In this document: positions 1-9,873 of the stretch, piece after piece
Numbering within the stretch: the stretch's first letter is position 1
How the letters are laid out: each line of letters opens with the position of its first letter
Assembly: GCA_963736115.1 (NCBI GenBank)
Contig: CAVTNR010000010.1
Location: forward strand, 134,071-198,070
From: an uncultured bacterium
GTDB taxonomy: Bacteria; Zhuqueibacterota; QNDG01; DTFT01
Direction of reading: 5' to 3'
Length of the DNA stretch: 64,000 nucleotides
Notes under the pieces: generated by a model
Told to the model about the DNA's origin: nothing
What the model saw: the letters and a program-made list of their open reading frames with translations, nothing else
Databases searched by the model: none
Program-made: the position numbers and the translations under genes

Positions 1-1463
1 CAGGACCTTCCCGGTCGCGGTATGCCCGGCGGCGCGGACGTGGAGCAGATACACGCCTGCCGCCAGTCCGGCGGTGTTCCATTGCACGCGGTTCGAACCG
101 GCCGCAAGGCGGAATTCTCCGAGACGGGCCGCGGTCTGCCCGAGCGCGTTATAGATCCGGAGTGTCCGCGGTTCCGGCGGCCGCCATGTGCAGGCGAATC
201 TCCGTGACGGATGATCCCGGCCGGCTCGACGCGGTTACGCGGCAGGGCGCTGTACCGCGGCCCGGTTCCCGCGCAAGGCGGACCGACGTGGCCGAGGCGT
301 AACCCTCCATCAGCGCGTCCAGGGCGCCCTGGTCATAGACTGATCCGTCGTTCCGGTTGAACAGGGTCATGGTGTTGTTGCCGATGTATCCGGCGTCCCA
401 GTAGACCGGAATCAGGCCGTGACGGACCATGGACGCGGTGACGGTACCGGTAATAGTGCTCCCGTGAGGCCACGTGCAGGTCCAGGTCCTCGCCGGTCAG
501 GGAGAGACGCTTGACCACGCCGTATTCTCCCAAAATCACGGGAATGCCCTTGTCCACGAATTTCGTCTTGATCTTCTGAAAATACTGGTCCGACGCGCTT
601 TCCTCGCCCCATGTGGCGTTCCGGTCCGGATGCGTCGTGGAACGGTAATCCTTCCCCCAGAACCAGAACATCCTTCCCCAGCTCTCGTCCTGCGTCAGGC
701 CGCAGAATTGCCACGGCGTGTAATAGTGCACCTCGGCCATGAGCCGGTTGTCGATGACGTCCACGGGCCAGGCGGACATCAGATTCACGGTCTTGTCGAT
801 ATCCGTGGACGGGCCCTGGATGACCAGGACGCGCGACGCGTTGTTCCCGCCCGTGGCGCGCACCGCGTCGATGAAGGTCTGGTGATAGGTCATCAGAACC
901 GCCATCTGGCCTGCGTTGTCCACGTTGGGCTCGTTCGCGCCCGCGAAAAGGAGGCGCTCGTCGTAATCCCGGAACCATTCCGCAATCTGCGTCCAGTAGG
1001 ATTCCTGCTTCTCGTTGACCGATTCCTGCTTGTCCGTGGTGACGTTGTTCTCCAGCCAGCCGCCGTCCCAGTGGCAGTTCAGGATCACCCACAGGTTGTT
1101 CTCATAGCAGTAATCAACAACGGCTTGCACGCGCGCGAGCCAGGTCGGTTCGATCTGCAGGGTCGACTGATCAGCGTGGCTGTCCCAGGCAACCGGGATG
1201 CGGATGACGTTGAATCCGGCTTCGCTGACCGCGTCGATGAGTTCCTGGTCGATTTTCGGGTTTCCCCAGGAGGTCTCTCCGCCCGGCGGCTCGAGGCTGT
1301 TGCCGGTGTTCCATCCCATGGTCATCTGCGCCGCGATTTCCTGCGCGGTGGGAAGTTGGGCGAAAAGCGGTGTTCCGGTTGAAAGACCGATGATGATCGT
1401 GGAAAATATGGCAGCCCTTGACGCTGCCCGGAGGATTCTCAGGAACCGGCTGGAATCTAACAT
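1..1463 (-). CDS. Secreted glycoside hydrolase family 5 (endoglucanase-like) with C-terminal T9SS/Por-type sorting domain; frameshifted, runs off the window edge
   Basis: Signal peptide, GWNTGNSLE, IRIPVAW, ILNCHWDGGW, ANEP (acid/base), EVHYY, VILGEYG (nucleophile). Continues in ORF 149..430 (IPVYWDAG) and then in another frame as LRIYNALGQ...SNRVQWN..GL..GVYLLHVRAAG..TGKVL. Confidence 0.85.
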
Positions 1464-1660
1464 CAGAAGATCTCCTTAAACGCTTAAGTCGTTTAATAAT
1501 AAAACCCTGCTTGGATGATAGAAACCCTTCAATATATTAACCGGGTGTTGGCTGATTAAATTATTGATTTTAATTTATAGACTCAGGCAATTGAAATCAA
1601 GACGATTCTCTTCCCTCCGGCTCCCGGAAGAAGATGTCTATAAAATATAGCTCCTCTGCT

Positions 1661-2062
1661 TCAGGGTCGACTTTTAAGGCTCTTCTTTTTTTTATTCTTA
1701 CCGGGGTTTTTAACTTTCGTCTCTTTCACGTTTCGTTTCTTCGCCGGCTTTTTCATTTTGGGTTCCGGCAGCTCACTTGCCGTTCTCCGGACGAGTTCGG
1801 CCATCCATTCACGGTCATCGATGCGGTCTTCGATCAGGAAGTAATTCCTGGCGCCTGGATAAGGCGGCGATTCGAGGACGTGCTCCAGGAATGACCTGCC
1901 GAAATCGGTCGGTTTGACATAGAACTGATTGTCGCAGATCAATGCGATCACTTTTTTGTCGCAGTACACCGCGTATTCGCCGAACATTTTCCTGTATGAA
2001 ATTGCGCCGGCATTTCCGATCTGATCGACGATGAATTTGACGAATTCAATGTCTGATGCCAT
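1661..2062 (-). CDS. TfoX/Sxy N-terminal domain protein with Lys-rich tail
   Basis: MASDIEFVKFIVDQ..ISYRKMFGEYAVYCDKKVIALICDNQFYVKPT..PPYPGA is the typical TfoX_N pattern. Confidence 0.85.
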   Translation of the reverse strand: MASDIEFVKFIVDQIGNAGAISYRKMFGEYAVYCDKKVIALICDNQFYVKPTDFGRSFLEHVLESPPYPGARNYFLIEDRIDDREWMAELVRRTASELPEPKMKKPAKKRNVKETKVKNPGKNKKKKSLKSRP

Positions 2063-2146
2063 GGGAGTCCCTGTACGCGTGAAGTGAAGTTACAGCCTCG
2101 TGACTCGCTCACATGCGGTAGTCGGACCGCTGCTTCCGTTTAAATT

Positions 2147-3043
2147 CTATTCCAGGATGTATTGACCGTCTAATCTCACGATCGCGCCGCCTCCGAACCA
2201 CACACGGGCATTTTTTCCGCCGTCTCCGCGGGAAAAGAGTCGGACAAAATTCGGCGTATCGCGAAAGCCGTTTTGCTCGATCCGCATCTTCTCCCCCTGC
2301 CACAGTCCTTGCGCGAGAAGGTAATAACCGAAAGCCGAATTTCCGGATCCGGTCGCGGGATCCTCCAGATATCCGAACACAGGCGCGAATACGCGCGTTC
2401 GATACCGGCTCTCCGGAAATGCGACTTCCCGCGAATAGAGAAGAACAATGTCTGCCTGCATCTCAAGGCAGAATTCCTTGAGTTTCCGGGGCTCGGGAGA
2501 GACATCGAGAATGGGCGCCAACCCCGCCGTCGGGACGATCAATGTCTCCAATCCGCCGTTCACAATCTGAATTGGATGTGATTGATCCAGAGTGTCAAGC
2601 GGACAGTTCAACGCCGAAGCGATTTCCGCCGGATCGATCTTTTTATCGGCAAACTTGGGAGGCGGGGCTGACACATAAACGCTCTTCTCGTCCCGATACC
2701 GGTTCTCCACCGCCAACCGGGCAGTCCGCGTGGCAATTGTCAATTCGGTTCGCGATTGCATTGCTTCATTGTTCGCGACAAGGTCATTCATAATGGCAAT
2801 CGTTGCATGACCGCAGAAAGCCACTTCCCGCTCCGAGGAATAATAGCGCAATTCGTAATCCGTTTCCGTTCCGGGGCTGGCATATCCGACTTCGCTGACA
2901 CATCCCTTCAGCTCTTTCGCGATCCGCAGTTTCTCTGCTTCGGACAGATCATTTTGTTGATCCAGATAAACAACCGCGGCGGGATTCCCGGCGGAAATTC
3001 CGGATGCGAATGCGTCGATTTTCCTGAACCTGAGCTTTTTCAT
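2147..3043 (-). CDS. PhzF family isomerase/epimerase
   Basis: IDAF..GNPAAVV, SE, LRYYS..EVAFCGHATIA, RVFAP..EDPATGS. Confidence 0.9.
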   Translation of the reverse strand: MKKLRFRKIDAFASGISAGNPAAVVYLDQQNDLSEAEKLRIAKELKGCVSEVGYASPGTETDYELRYYSSEREVAFCGHATIAIMNDLVANNEAMQSRTELTIATRTARLAVENRYRDEKSVYVSAPPPKFADKKIDPAEIASALNCPLDTLDQSHPIQIVNGGLETLIVPTAGLAPILDVSPEPRKLKEFCLEMQADIVLLYSREVAFPESRYRTRVFAPVFGYLEDPATGSGNSAFGYYLLAQGLWQGEKMRIEQNGFRDTPNFVRLFSRGDGGKNARVWFGGGAIVRLDGQYILE

Positions 3044-3115
3044 GGCTTAGCTGTCACGCCTTTCATAATCGAAACCGATGAAACAAACCGTCCAAATCCC
3101 TGGACACCCGGCCGT

Positions 3116-5678
3116 CTACCGGTTGATCACTCCTTTGAAATCCAGGCTGATTTTCTCCCGGATATCGACCGATCTGTTCGAAGGCCCGTTTGAGTACCAT
3201 CAATTCGGTCTCCGAGCACTCCGCCGGATCGACTTCGTTGTCCGGAGCAAGCCGCTCGGACAGCTGACGCGCCTGGTGCTGGAACCGTTTTCGCATCAGC
3301 ATGGAATAGAACTCCACGGTTTCCTGGTGGAACTTCCTCGAGAAAACATTCGCCTCATACAAAAGGGAGAGCCGCTCCAGGGTATGGGTGGCCGTAATTT
3401 CATGCCTCAACGCGTAAAGCCGGGCCCCGTCCACGACCGGCAGGATAACCTTTTTTATGTCAAATGGGTTTTTCAGCTTCTGCGTATTCTCCGGAAGCTC
3501 CCATCTCAAAACGCTCTCGGAAAGATACAGGAAAAAGGCGTGGTTGCCAGTGATCAGGGACTTTAAATGAGCTTGGAGCGACTCCACGATCTCCCCGCTT
3601 CCGGACAGCAGGCGGAAATCGAAGAAAATCTTGGCTTCGAGAAGATTCTGCGGATTCGCCGTGGTCACCCATTCCGTGAAAAGGTTTTTCCATACGGACA
3701 GAGGCTGACACCATCGGGGATTCTTCGCCATGACGCCGCCCGGGCAAAATCGGTATCCGACGGCGTCCAGTGCCCCGCAGACCTGCTCCCCCAGACGGAG
3801 GAAATAGTCCCGTGCGGCCTCTTCCGATTCCGGCGCCGGTTCCGCGTACACGATGGCGTTGTCCTGGTCCGTGCGGAGCGTCTGCTCCTTCCGGCCGTCG
3901 CTCCCGAGTCCGATGAAGGCGAAGGGGACCGGCGGTTCGCCGAGATAGGCTATCGCCAGCGAGACGATACGCCGGGTGAACGCGCTGGAGATCGCGGTCG
4001 TCAACCGGGTGATGTCCGCGACGCCCGCCCCCCTTTCGATCACCGTCCTCACCAGGAACAGAAGCCGGTCGGTTTGTCCCGGTAAATCCCGCAGGGAAGG
4101 AAGGGTTTCAATTCGCCGGAGAAAGGCGAGATAGGATGCGTGAAAGGCCCCCTGGATCTCCCGCGCATGCACGAGTCCTGCCGGCCGGCCGGCGGCGTCG
4201 CGGACCGCCACATGGGAGATGGCGTTCTCGGTAAAAACCTGAAGCGCGTCGATGACCGTAGAGGTCCCTTGCAGGGAAATGACCGGCGCCGTCATCACTG
4301 AGTGAACCGGGGCGTCGAGGCTGCCCTGTCTGGCCAGCACCCGTTCGCAGACATCCCCTTCGGTGACGATTCCCACCGCCGCACCGCCGGAAGCGGTGAC
4401 CAGAACGGCATCCCGCCGCTCACGCGCCATGAGACCGACGGCCTGCCCGACCGTGGAATGCATGTCGCACGACGGGGCGGGTTCCACGAACGGTTGGAGG
4501 GGCTGGCCGAGCAGGACGACGGACAAATGGAGATCTGAAAGCAAATTTTCGTTTTCGCTGTCCGTTCGTTTCTGTTCGGTGACGTCTTCCATCAAACCGT
4601 CGCAGGCCAGCGGCCGGCCCTGTTTATCGCGGACAAGAACGGCTGAAAGGGAGACGATGGCCCGCGTTCCATCCAGACGCCGGACGGCGGCTGCCCAATC
4701 CCTGACGATCCCCTGCCCTAAGAGCGCATCGAAGAACTTTCTGCCCTCGTGCGCTTCGTCGAAAAACTCGAAAAGACTTGAGGCCAGAAGCCGGTCTTTG
4801 TCCGGGGCGCCCAGAATGGCCCCGGCGGCCGGGTTGACCTCGAGAAATTTCCCCTCCCGGACGGAGGCGATCCGGAATACGCCGAGGGAGAGCCGGTTCG
4901 TCAGGGCCTGGTATTTTTCCTGGCTGCTGTCGAGGGCATCTTCGATCTGCTTGTGCCGGCTGATGTCCTTCACGCTCAGGACGATGCCGTCCGTGCGGGC
5001 CAGGTGGATGGGGGAAATTCCGATCAGGACATCCAGAACCCCGCCGTTCCGGGTCCTGATTTTCGTCTCGACCTGTTCAATTTTCAATTCCCTGCCCGCA
5101 ACAGGCATGAATTGCCTGAAATCGAAGGTGTCCGTCCGGGGCGGCTCGGGGAAGAGTTGCGTGAACGGCGGTTCATCCTGGGTATTTTCGGGATAACCGA
5201 GCATGGCGTAGAGGGTTTTATTGCAGAAGACCTCCCGGCCGGTCGTCACCATGATCAATCCTTCCGTGGAGGATTCAACAAGGGCCCTGTATTTTTCCCG
5301 CGAGTCATGGAGCTCGCGTTCGGCCCGCTGCCGCCGGCTTTCGGCCCTGAGATTCTGGAAAGCGATGAAGGCCAGGAGCAGTGAGATGATGACGGTGATG
5401 CCGATGGAGAGGTTGATGATTTTCCGTTCCAGCGCCGCCAATTCGATCTGGACGTCCTCGATGTAGATCCCGGTTCCGACGATCCATCCCCAGGCCGTGA
5501 AACCCTTGACGAACGAGAGCTTGGGGACGATCCGGGTCGAATCGTCCTTCCACTGCCATGTGTAGTCAACGTAACCCTCGGTCGATTCCTCCACCGTCTC
5601 CGCCATCTCCACGAACAGGCGTTTTCCGTACGAATCCTCGAAATTCGAGAGGCTTTTCCCATCCAGGTCGGGCCGGTA
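3116..5678 (-). CDS. Membrane sensor: Cache - TM - PAS - PAS - CBS pair - DUF294 nucleotidyltransferase/DUF294_C; 5' end lost at junction
   Basis: YRPDLDGK..D..GKRLFVEM..EGYVDYTWQWK..PKLSFVK..WGWIVGTGIY (Cache); TM IIINLSIGITVIISLLLAFIAF; two PAS blocks ending SVKDIS and MEDVTEQK; CBS (VGIVTEGD, ISHVAV); GSDGRKEQTLRTDQDNAIV, CPGGVMAKNPRW, IFFDFR, DIKK..PVVDGAR. True stop is probably 3116 (IREKISLDFKGVINR*) after an indel. Confidence 0.8.
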
Positions 5679-5692
5679 TTGTAGTCTCCCTT
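5670..5692. other. Probable chimeric junction between segment A and alphaproteobacterial segment B
   Basis: The Cache domain begins abruptly at Y-R-P-D-L with the expected MHP missing. On the minus strand it is directly preceded by GGGAG-ACTACA-AT, an RBS plus truncated ATG of the gene that should follow potA. Confidence 0.7.
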
Positions 5693-5706
5693 TAAGTTGT
5701 GACCGG

Positions 5707-6870
5707 TCAAGACCAGTCAATCATTATGCGCTCCGTTTGGAAATGCACAATCTCTTTGCCCTCAGCAGCTACCGCATCCAAGGCCTTGCAGTCTCGTGCA
5801 GCCCAGCCGATATCGACCTTCTGCCCGGCTGCCAGCGGACGCTTTTGCCCGCGGTTTCTAACCTTCACGATAAATTCAGGATTGCCCGCAACCGACATGA
5901 CCACACGCAGGTGGTCGCCAAGATACAGGATCTCCCTGATTTCGCCCGATACAACATTTTCCTGTTTCTTCGGATCGTCAAATTCAATGCGCTCAGGACG
6001 CAGCGAAATCGTGGTCCGCTCACCTACCTTGCTGACATTGACAGCTTCGGCTTTCAGCCTGGTTCCATCATCAAGCGTCACTTCGCAGATGTCATCGCTG
6101 ATCTGCGTGACCTTTCCTGAGAGTTTGTTGTTCTCGCCAATGAACTGCGCCACGAACGAGTTCTTCGGGCTTTCATACAATGCATCAGGCGGCGATAACT
6201 GTTGAATTCTCCCATCCTGAAACACAGCGACGCGGTCTGACATCGTCAGGGCTTCGGTCTGGTCGTGGGTAACATAAACAACCGTTACTCCCAGATTTTC
6301 GTGGATGTGCTTGATTTCATACTGCATCTGCTCGCGCAGCTGCTTGTCAAGCGCACCGAGGGGCTCATCCATCAAAACCAGTTCGGGATCAAACACAAGC
6401 GCCCTTGCGACGGCAACGCGCTGCTGCTGGCCACCGGACAATTGAGACGGCCTGCGATTACCAAAAGCACCAAGCTCAACCATTTCCAAAGCTCGTTTCA
6501 CTTTGGTTTCCTGGTCGGCCTTGTTCATTTTGCGGATCTGCAAAGGGAAAGCCAGGTTTTCGGCCACGCTCATGTGGGGGAAAAGAGCGTAATTCTGAAA
6601 GACCATCCCGATGCCGCGTTTGTAGGGCGGCACATTGTTGATCGGCTTGTTGTTGAGAAATATCTCGCCACGTGTAGCGGGTTCAAATCCTGCCAGCATC
6701 ATCAGACAAGTGGTTTTACCGGACCCCGAAGGCCCCAGCATTGTCAGGAATTCGCCGGGCGCAATGTCGAGATTAAGCTCCTTAACAACAAGGTTCTCGC
6801 CATCATAACTTTTCTGTACCTTATCAAAGCGCACAGCTGCGCCGTTATTTGAACTCATATACTCGCTCAC
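5707..6870 (-). CDS. potA: Polyamine (spermidine/putrescine-type) ABC transporter ATP-binding protein
   Basis: GPSGSGKTT, FQNYALFPH, LSGGQQQRVA, MDEPLGALD, YVTHDQ, TOBE tail. Confidence 0.85.
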   Translation of the reverse strand: MSEYMSSNNGAAVRFDKVQKSYDGENLVVKELNLDIAPGEFLTMLGPSGSGKTTCLMMLAGFEPATRGEIFLNNKPINNVPPYKRGIGMVFQNYALFPHMSVAENLAFPLQIRKMNKADQETKVKRALEMVELGAFGNRRPSQLSGGQQQRVAVARALVFDPELVLMDEPLGALDKQLREQMQYEIKHIHENLGVTVVYVTHDQTEALTMSDRVAVFQDGRIQQLSPPDALYESPKNSFVAQFIGENNKLSGKVTQISDDICEVTLDDGTRLKAEAVNVSKVGERTTISLRPERIEFDDPKKQENVVSGEIREILYLGDHLRVVMSVAGNPEFIVKVRNRGQKRPLAAGQKVDIGWAARDCKALDAVAAEGKEIVHFQTERIMIDWS

Positions 6871-7067
6871 CCTCTCCCGCTTCTCAAAACTTGAAGCAAA
6901 TGAGACTATAGCATAACCGGATAGCCGAATGTTTCAACAGTGAAAAACGCCAAACATTGCCTCAAATTACGCCAATTTGATTTTAATGCTAAAATTTGTG
7001 CGTAAATTTCAATCAAATTCAACCACGGGTGATTTTCACCGGAATTGGTAGATGCTGCTGGAAAATT

Positions 7068-7935
7068 TCATTTAACCAGTTTGGCAAAGTCGAACAGACC
7101 GCTATCCATCAAATGGCTTGGCCGCACATTGGTCAGCGCACGGATCATCGTGTCCTTGCGACCGGGCATCCTGGCTTCAATATCGCTCAGCATCTGTTTC
7201 ATGACATTGCGTTGTAGTCCGTCCTGGCTACCACAAAGATCACACGGAATAATGGGAAACTGCAGATGGTCGGAAAACTTCTGTAGATCATCCTCAGCAG
7301 CAAAGGCCAGCGGGCGAAGCACGAATGTTTCACCCTCATCATTGAGCAGCTTGGGAGGCATGGCCGCGAGCCTGCCACCATGAAAAAGGTTCATCAGGAA
7401 AGTTTCCAAGAACATCTTCCCGGTGATGCCCAAGCACCAGGGCATCACATCCCTCTTCCTTGGCTATCCGGTAAAGATTGCCCCGCCGCAACCGCGAACA
7501 CAGCGAGCAATACGTGCTTCCCGCGGCAATTTTTTCAGTCACGATGGAATAGGTGTCCTGATATTCTATTCTATGTTCGATGCCGAGACTTGTAAGATAG
7601 TTCGGCAGAACATGTTTTGGAAAATTAGGCTGGCCCTGATCGAGATTGCATGCAAGCAAATCAACCGGAAGAACTCCGCGCCATTGCAGATCAAGCAGCA
7701 CCGCCAAAAGACCGAACGAATCCTTGCCGCCCGAAATTCCAACCAGCCATTTTGGCCGCTCGCCTTTGCCCGATGGCGCACGCTCAATCATGTTGAATTT
7801 TTCGACAGCCTCGCGCACCTGCCGCACCAGACGCTTGCGCAGCTTCTTGAATTCAACTGACGAAGGTGCATTGGCGAAAACAGGATGTCCGCCGGACAAG
7901 TCATCGTCGTTGGAAATGGGGGTCATGTCGTTCAT
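7068..7935 (-). CDS. ttcA: tRNA 2-thiocytidine(32) synthetase, split by an indel near 7400
   Basis: SGGKDS PP-loop, [16 protein letters not shown]; second frame [31 protein letters not shown]. Confidence 0.9.
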
Positions 7936-7998
7936 GGCGCATGACTTACACCACTGCCCTGCCCAAATGCAACACAATGCTCCAGCGTGTATTAGCAG

Positions 7999-8883
7999 TC
8001 AGGATAGTTGCGGCAGATTTGTTGCAGGGCGTCGTTGGGAAAGAATGTTGACGGCAAGACCTGCCATGATCAGCGCCGAACCCAGCCATTTCCACCAGGG
8101 CATGGCTTCGCCCAGCAACAGTGCGGATGAAGCGATCCCGAATACCGGAATCAACAGCGCCCATGGGGTCACAACCGATGCACGATAGCGGTTCAACAAC
8201 AGGTTCCAAAGGCCGTATCCTATGATGCTGTTGCCGATTGCCTGCCAGACAACGACCGCCCATCCGGTGTTGCTCAAATCGCTGACCTCTTGCCAAATCG
8301 TATCCATGTCGGAGAACATCAGGCTCAATACCGCCAGCGGAATGGAGGAGAAAACCGAGGCCCAGACAAGAAAGGAAATCATGTTCTGGGGCCGTGATTT
8401 CTTGACTACCAGATTCCCCCCGGCCCATCCCATCGCAGCGCCAATGACAACCAGCAGACCTGTGATGGTAGTCTTGCCATCTGCAAATACGGCAATCACC
8501 AGAAGACCGGTAAAACTGATGCCGATTGCGAGCCACTGAATGGGTTTCACTCGTTCATCAAACAACAACACCGACATCAGGATTGTGAAGAAAATCTGGG
8601 TTTGAACAACAAGAGACGCGAGGCCAGGAGTAATATTTTCCCTGATCGCCCAAAACAGAAGTCCAAATTGCCCAAGCCCGATAAGCACCCCATAGGCGAC
8701 CAGATATTTCCATTCAATATTTGGCCGCGGCAGGAAAAACACCAGGGGAAAGGCAACCAGCACAAATCTGAGCGTAGCAAAAACAAAAGGCTGCAGTTCG
8801 TCAAGGCCCATCGATATGGCAACAAAATTGGTTCCCCAGATGAAGGTAACCAGCAATGCAAGGAGCTGATCGGTAATTTTCAT
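7999..8883 (-). CDS. EamA/DMT family transporter
   Basis: About 10 TM segments; IWGTNFVAI, GLASLVVQTQ, LIPVFG. Confidence 0.9.
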   Translation of the reverse strand: MKITDQLLALLVTFIWGTNFVAISMGLDELQPFVFATLRFVLVAFPLVFFLPRPNIEWKYLVAYGVLIGLGQFGLLFWAIRENITPGLASLVVQTQIFFTILMSVLLFDERVKPIQWLAIGISFTGLLVIAVFADGKTTITGLLVVIGAAMGWAGGNLVVKKSRPQNMISFLVWASVFSSIPLAVLSLMFSDMDTIWQEVSDLSNTGWAVVVWQAIGNSIIGYGLWNLLLNRYRASVVTPWALLIPVFGIASSALLLGEAMPWWKWLGSALIMAGLAVNILSQRRPATNLPQLS

Positions 8884-8951
8884 GGCAGCTTGTGTCCTGC
8901 AAGGATAGAAAACGCTTTTGCGCGGGTGGCTTTATTTAGCCGACTTCACGA

Positions 8952-8980
8952 ACAAAAACGCCCGGCATAACCGGGCGTTT
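8952..8980 (-). terminator. Rho-independent terminator of rpsD
   Basis: AAACGCCCGG-TTATG-CCGGGCGTTT followed by TTGTT on the minus strand, just after the rpsD stop. Confidence 0.8.
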
Positions 8981-9005
8981 GAAGAATTTCGCAATTTCCT
9001 CGCGA

Positions 9006-9623
9006 TTAACGCGAATAAAATTCGACGATCAGGTTTGGTTCCATCTGAACCGGATAAGGAATGTCTGAAAGCACAGGAACGCGAACATATTTCGCAACCA
9101 TCTTGCCGTGATCGACTTCCATGTAGTCAGGAACATCACGCTCTGCCAACTGGCTGGCTTCAAGAACCAGTGTCAATTGTTTGGAGCGGTCACGCACTTC
9201 GATTACATCGCCGGCTTTGCAGCGGTAAGAAGGAATGTTGACCCGGCGACCGTTTACGTTGACATGTCCGTGGTTGACGAACTGACGGGCGGCAAACACG
9301 GTTGCAACGAACTTGGCGCGGTAGACGATGGCGTCCAGACGGCTTTCGAGAAGACCAACAAGTTTTTCACCGGTATCACCACGAAGACGGGCAGCTTCGG
9401 CATAAATCTTGCGGAACTGTTTTTCGGTGATTGAGCCGTAATAGCCCTTCAATTTCTGTTTGGCGCGAAGCTGCAAACCGAAGTCTGACAGCTTGTTCTT
9501 GCGGCGCTGACCATGCTGGCCAGGTCCGAATTCGCGCTTGTTTACTGGTGACTTTGGACGGCCCCAGATGTTTTCGCCCATACGGCGGTCAATTTTGTAC
9601 TTGGCTGAGATACGCTTGCTCAC
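9006..9623 (-). CDS. rpsD: 30S ribosomal protein S4
   Basis: [49 protein letters not shown]; alphaproteobacterial type; GTG start after GAAAGGA. Confidence 0.98.
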   Translation of the reverse strand: MSKRISAKYKIDRRMGENIWGRPKSPVNKREFGPGQHGQRRKNKLSDFGLQLRAKQKLKGYYGSITEKQFRKIYAEAARLRGDTGEKLVGLLESRLDAIVYRAKFVATVFAARQFVNHGHVNVNGRRVNIPSYRCKAGDVIEVRDRSKQLTLVLEASQLAERDVPDYMEVDHGKMVAKYVRVPVLSDIPYPVQMEPNLIVEFYSR

Positions 9624-9796
9624 AGCATTTCCTTTCAATAAGTTACAGGCCGGTGTTCACACACCGGGTGAAGGAAACGCACCCTCCTCTGCTGGTCGTT
9701 TTCACCAGCCGACAGAAATTCCAGCGCACGTTTTGCCAGGAAAATCACGGGATACGTCAAAAAAAGAACCGGGCTTTTGGCCCGGAACTTGGGTGT

Positions 9797-9825
9797 GGAT
9801 AGGCTCTCGGCTTTGTTTTGTCAAG
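9797..9825 (-). promoter_or_regulatory. Likely sigma70 promoter of rpsD
   Basis: CTTGAC-N17-CTATCC matches the alphaproteobacterial RpoD consensus CTTGAC-N17-CTATAT. Confidence 0.6.
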
Positions 9826-9873
9826 CAAAAGTCTGCCAGAACAACGATTGAGACCGCGAACTGCTTGCCGCTT

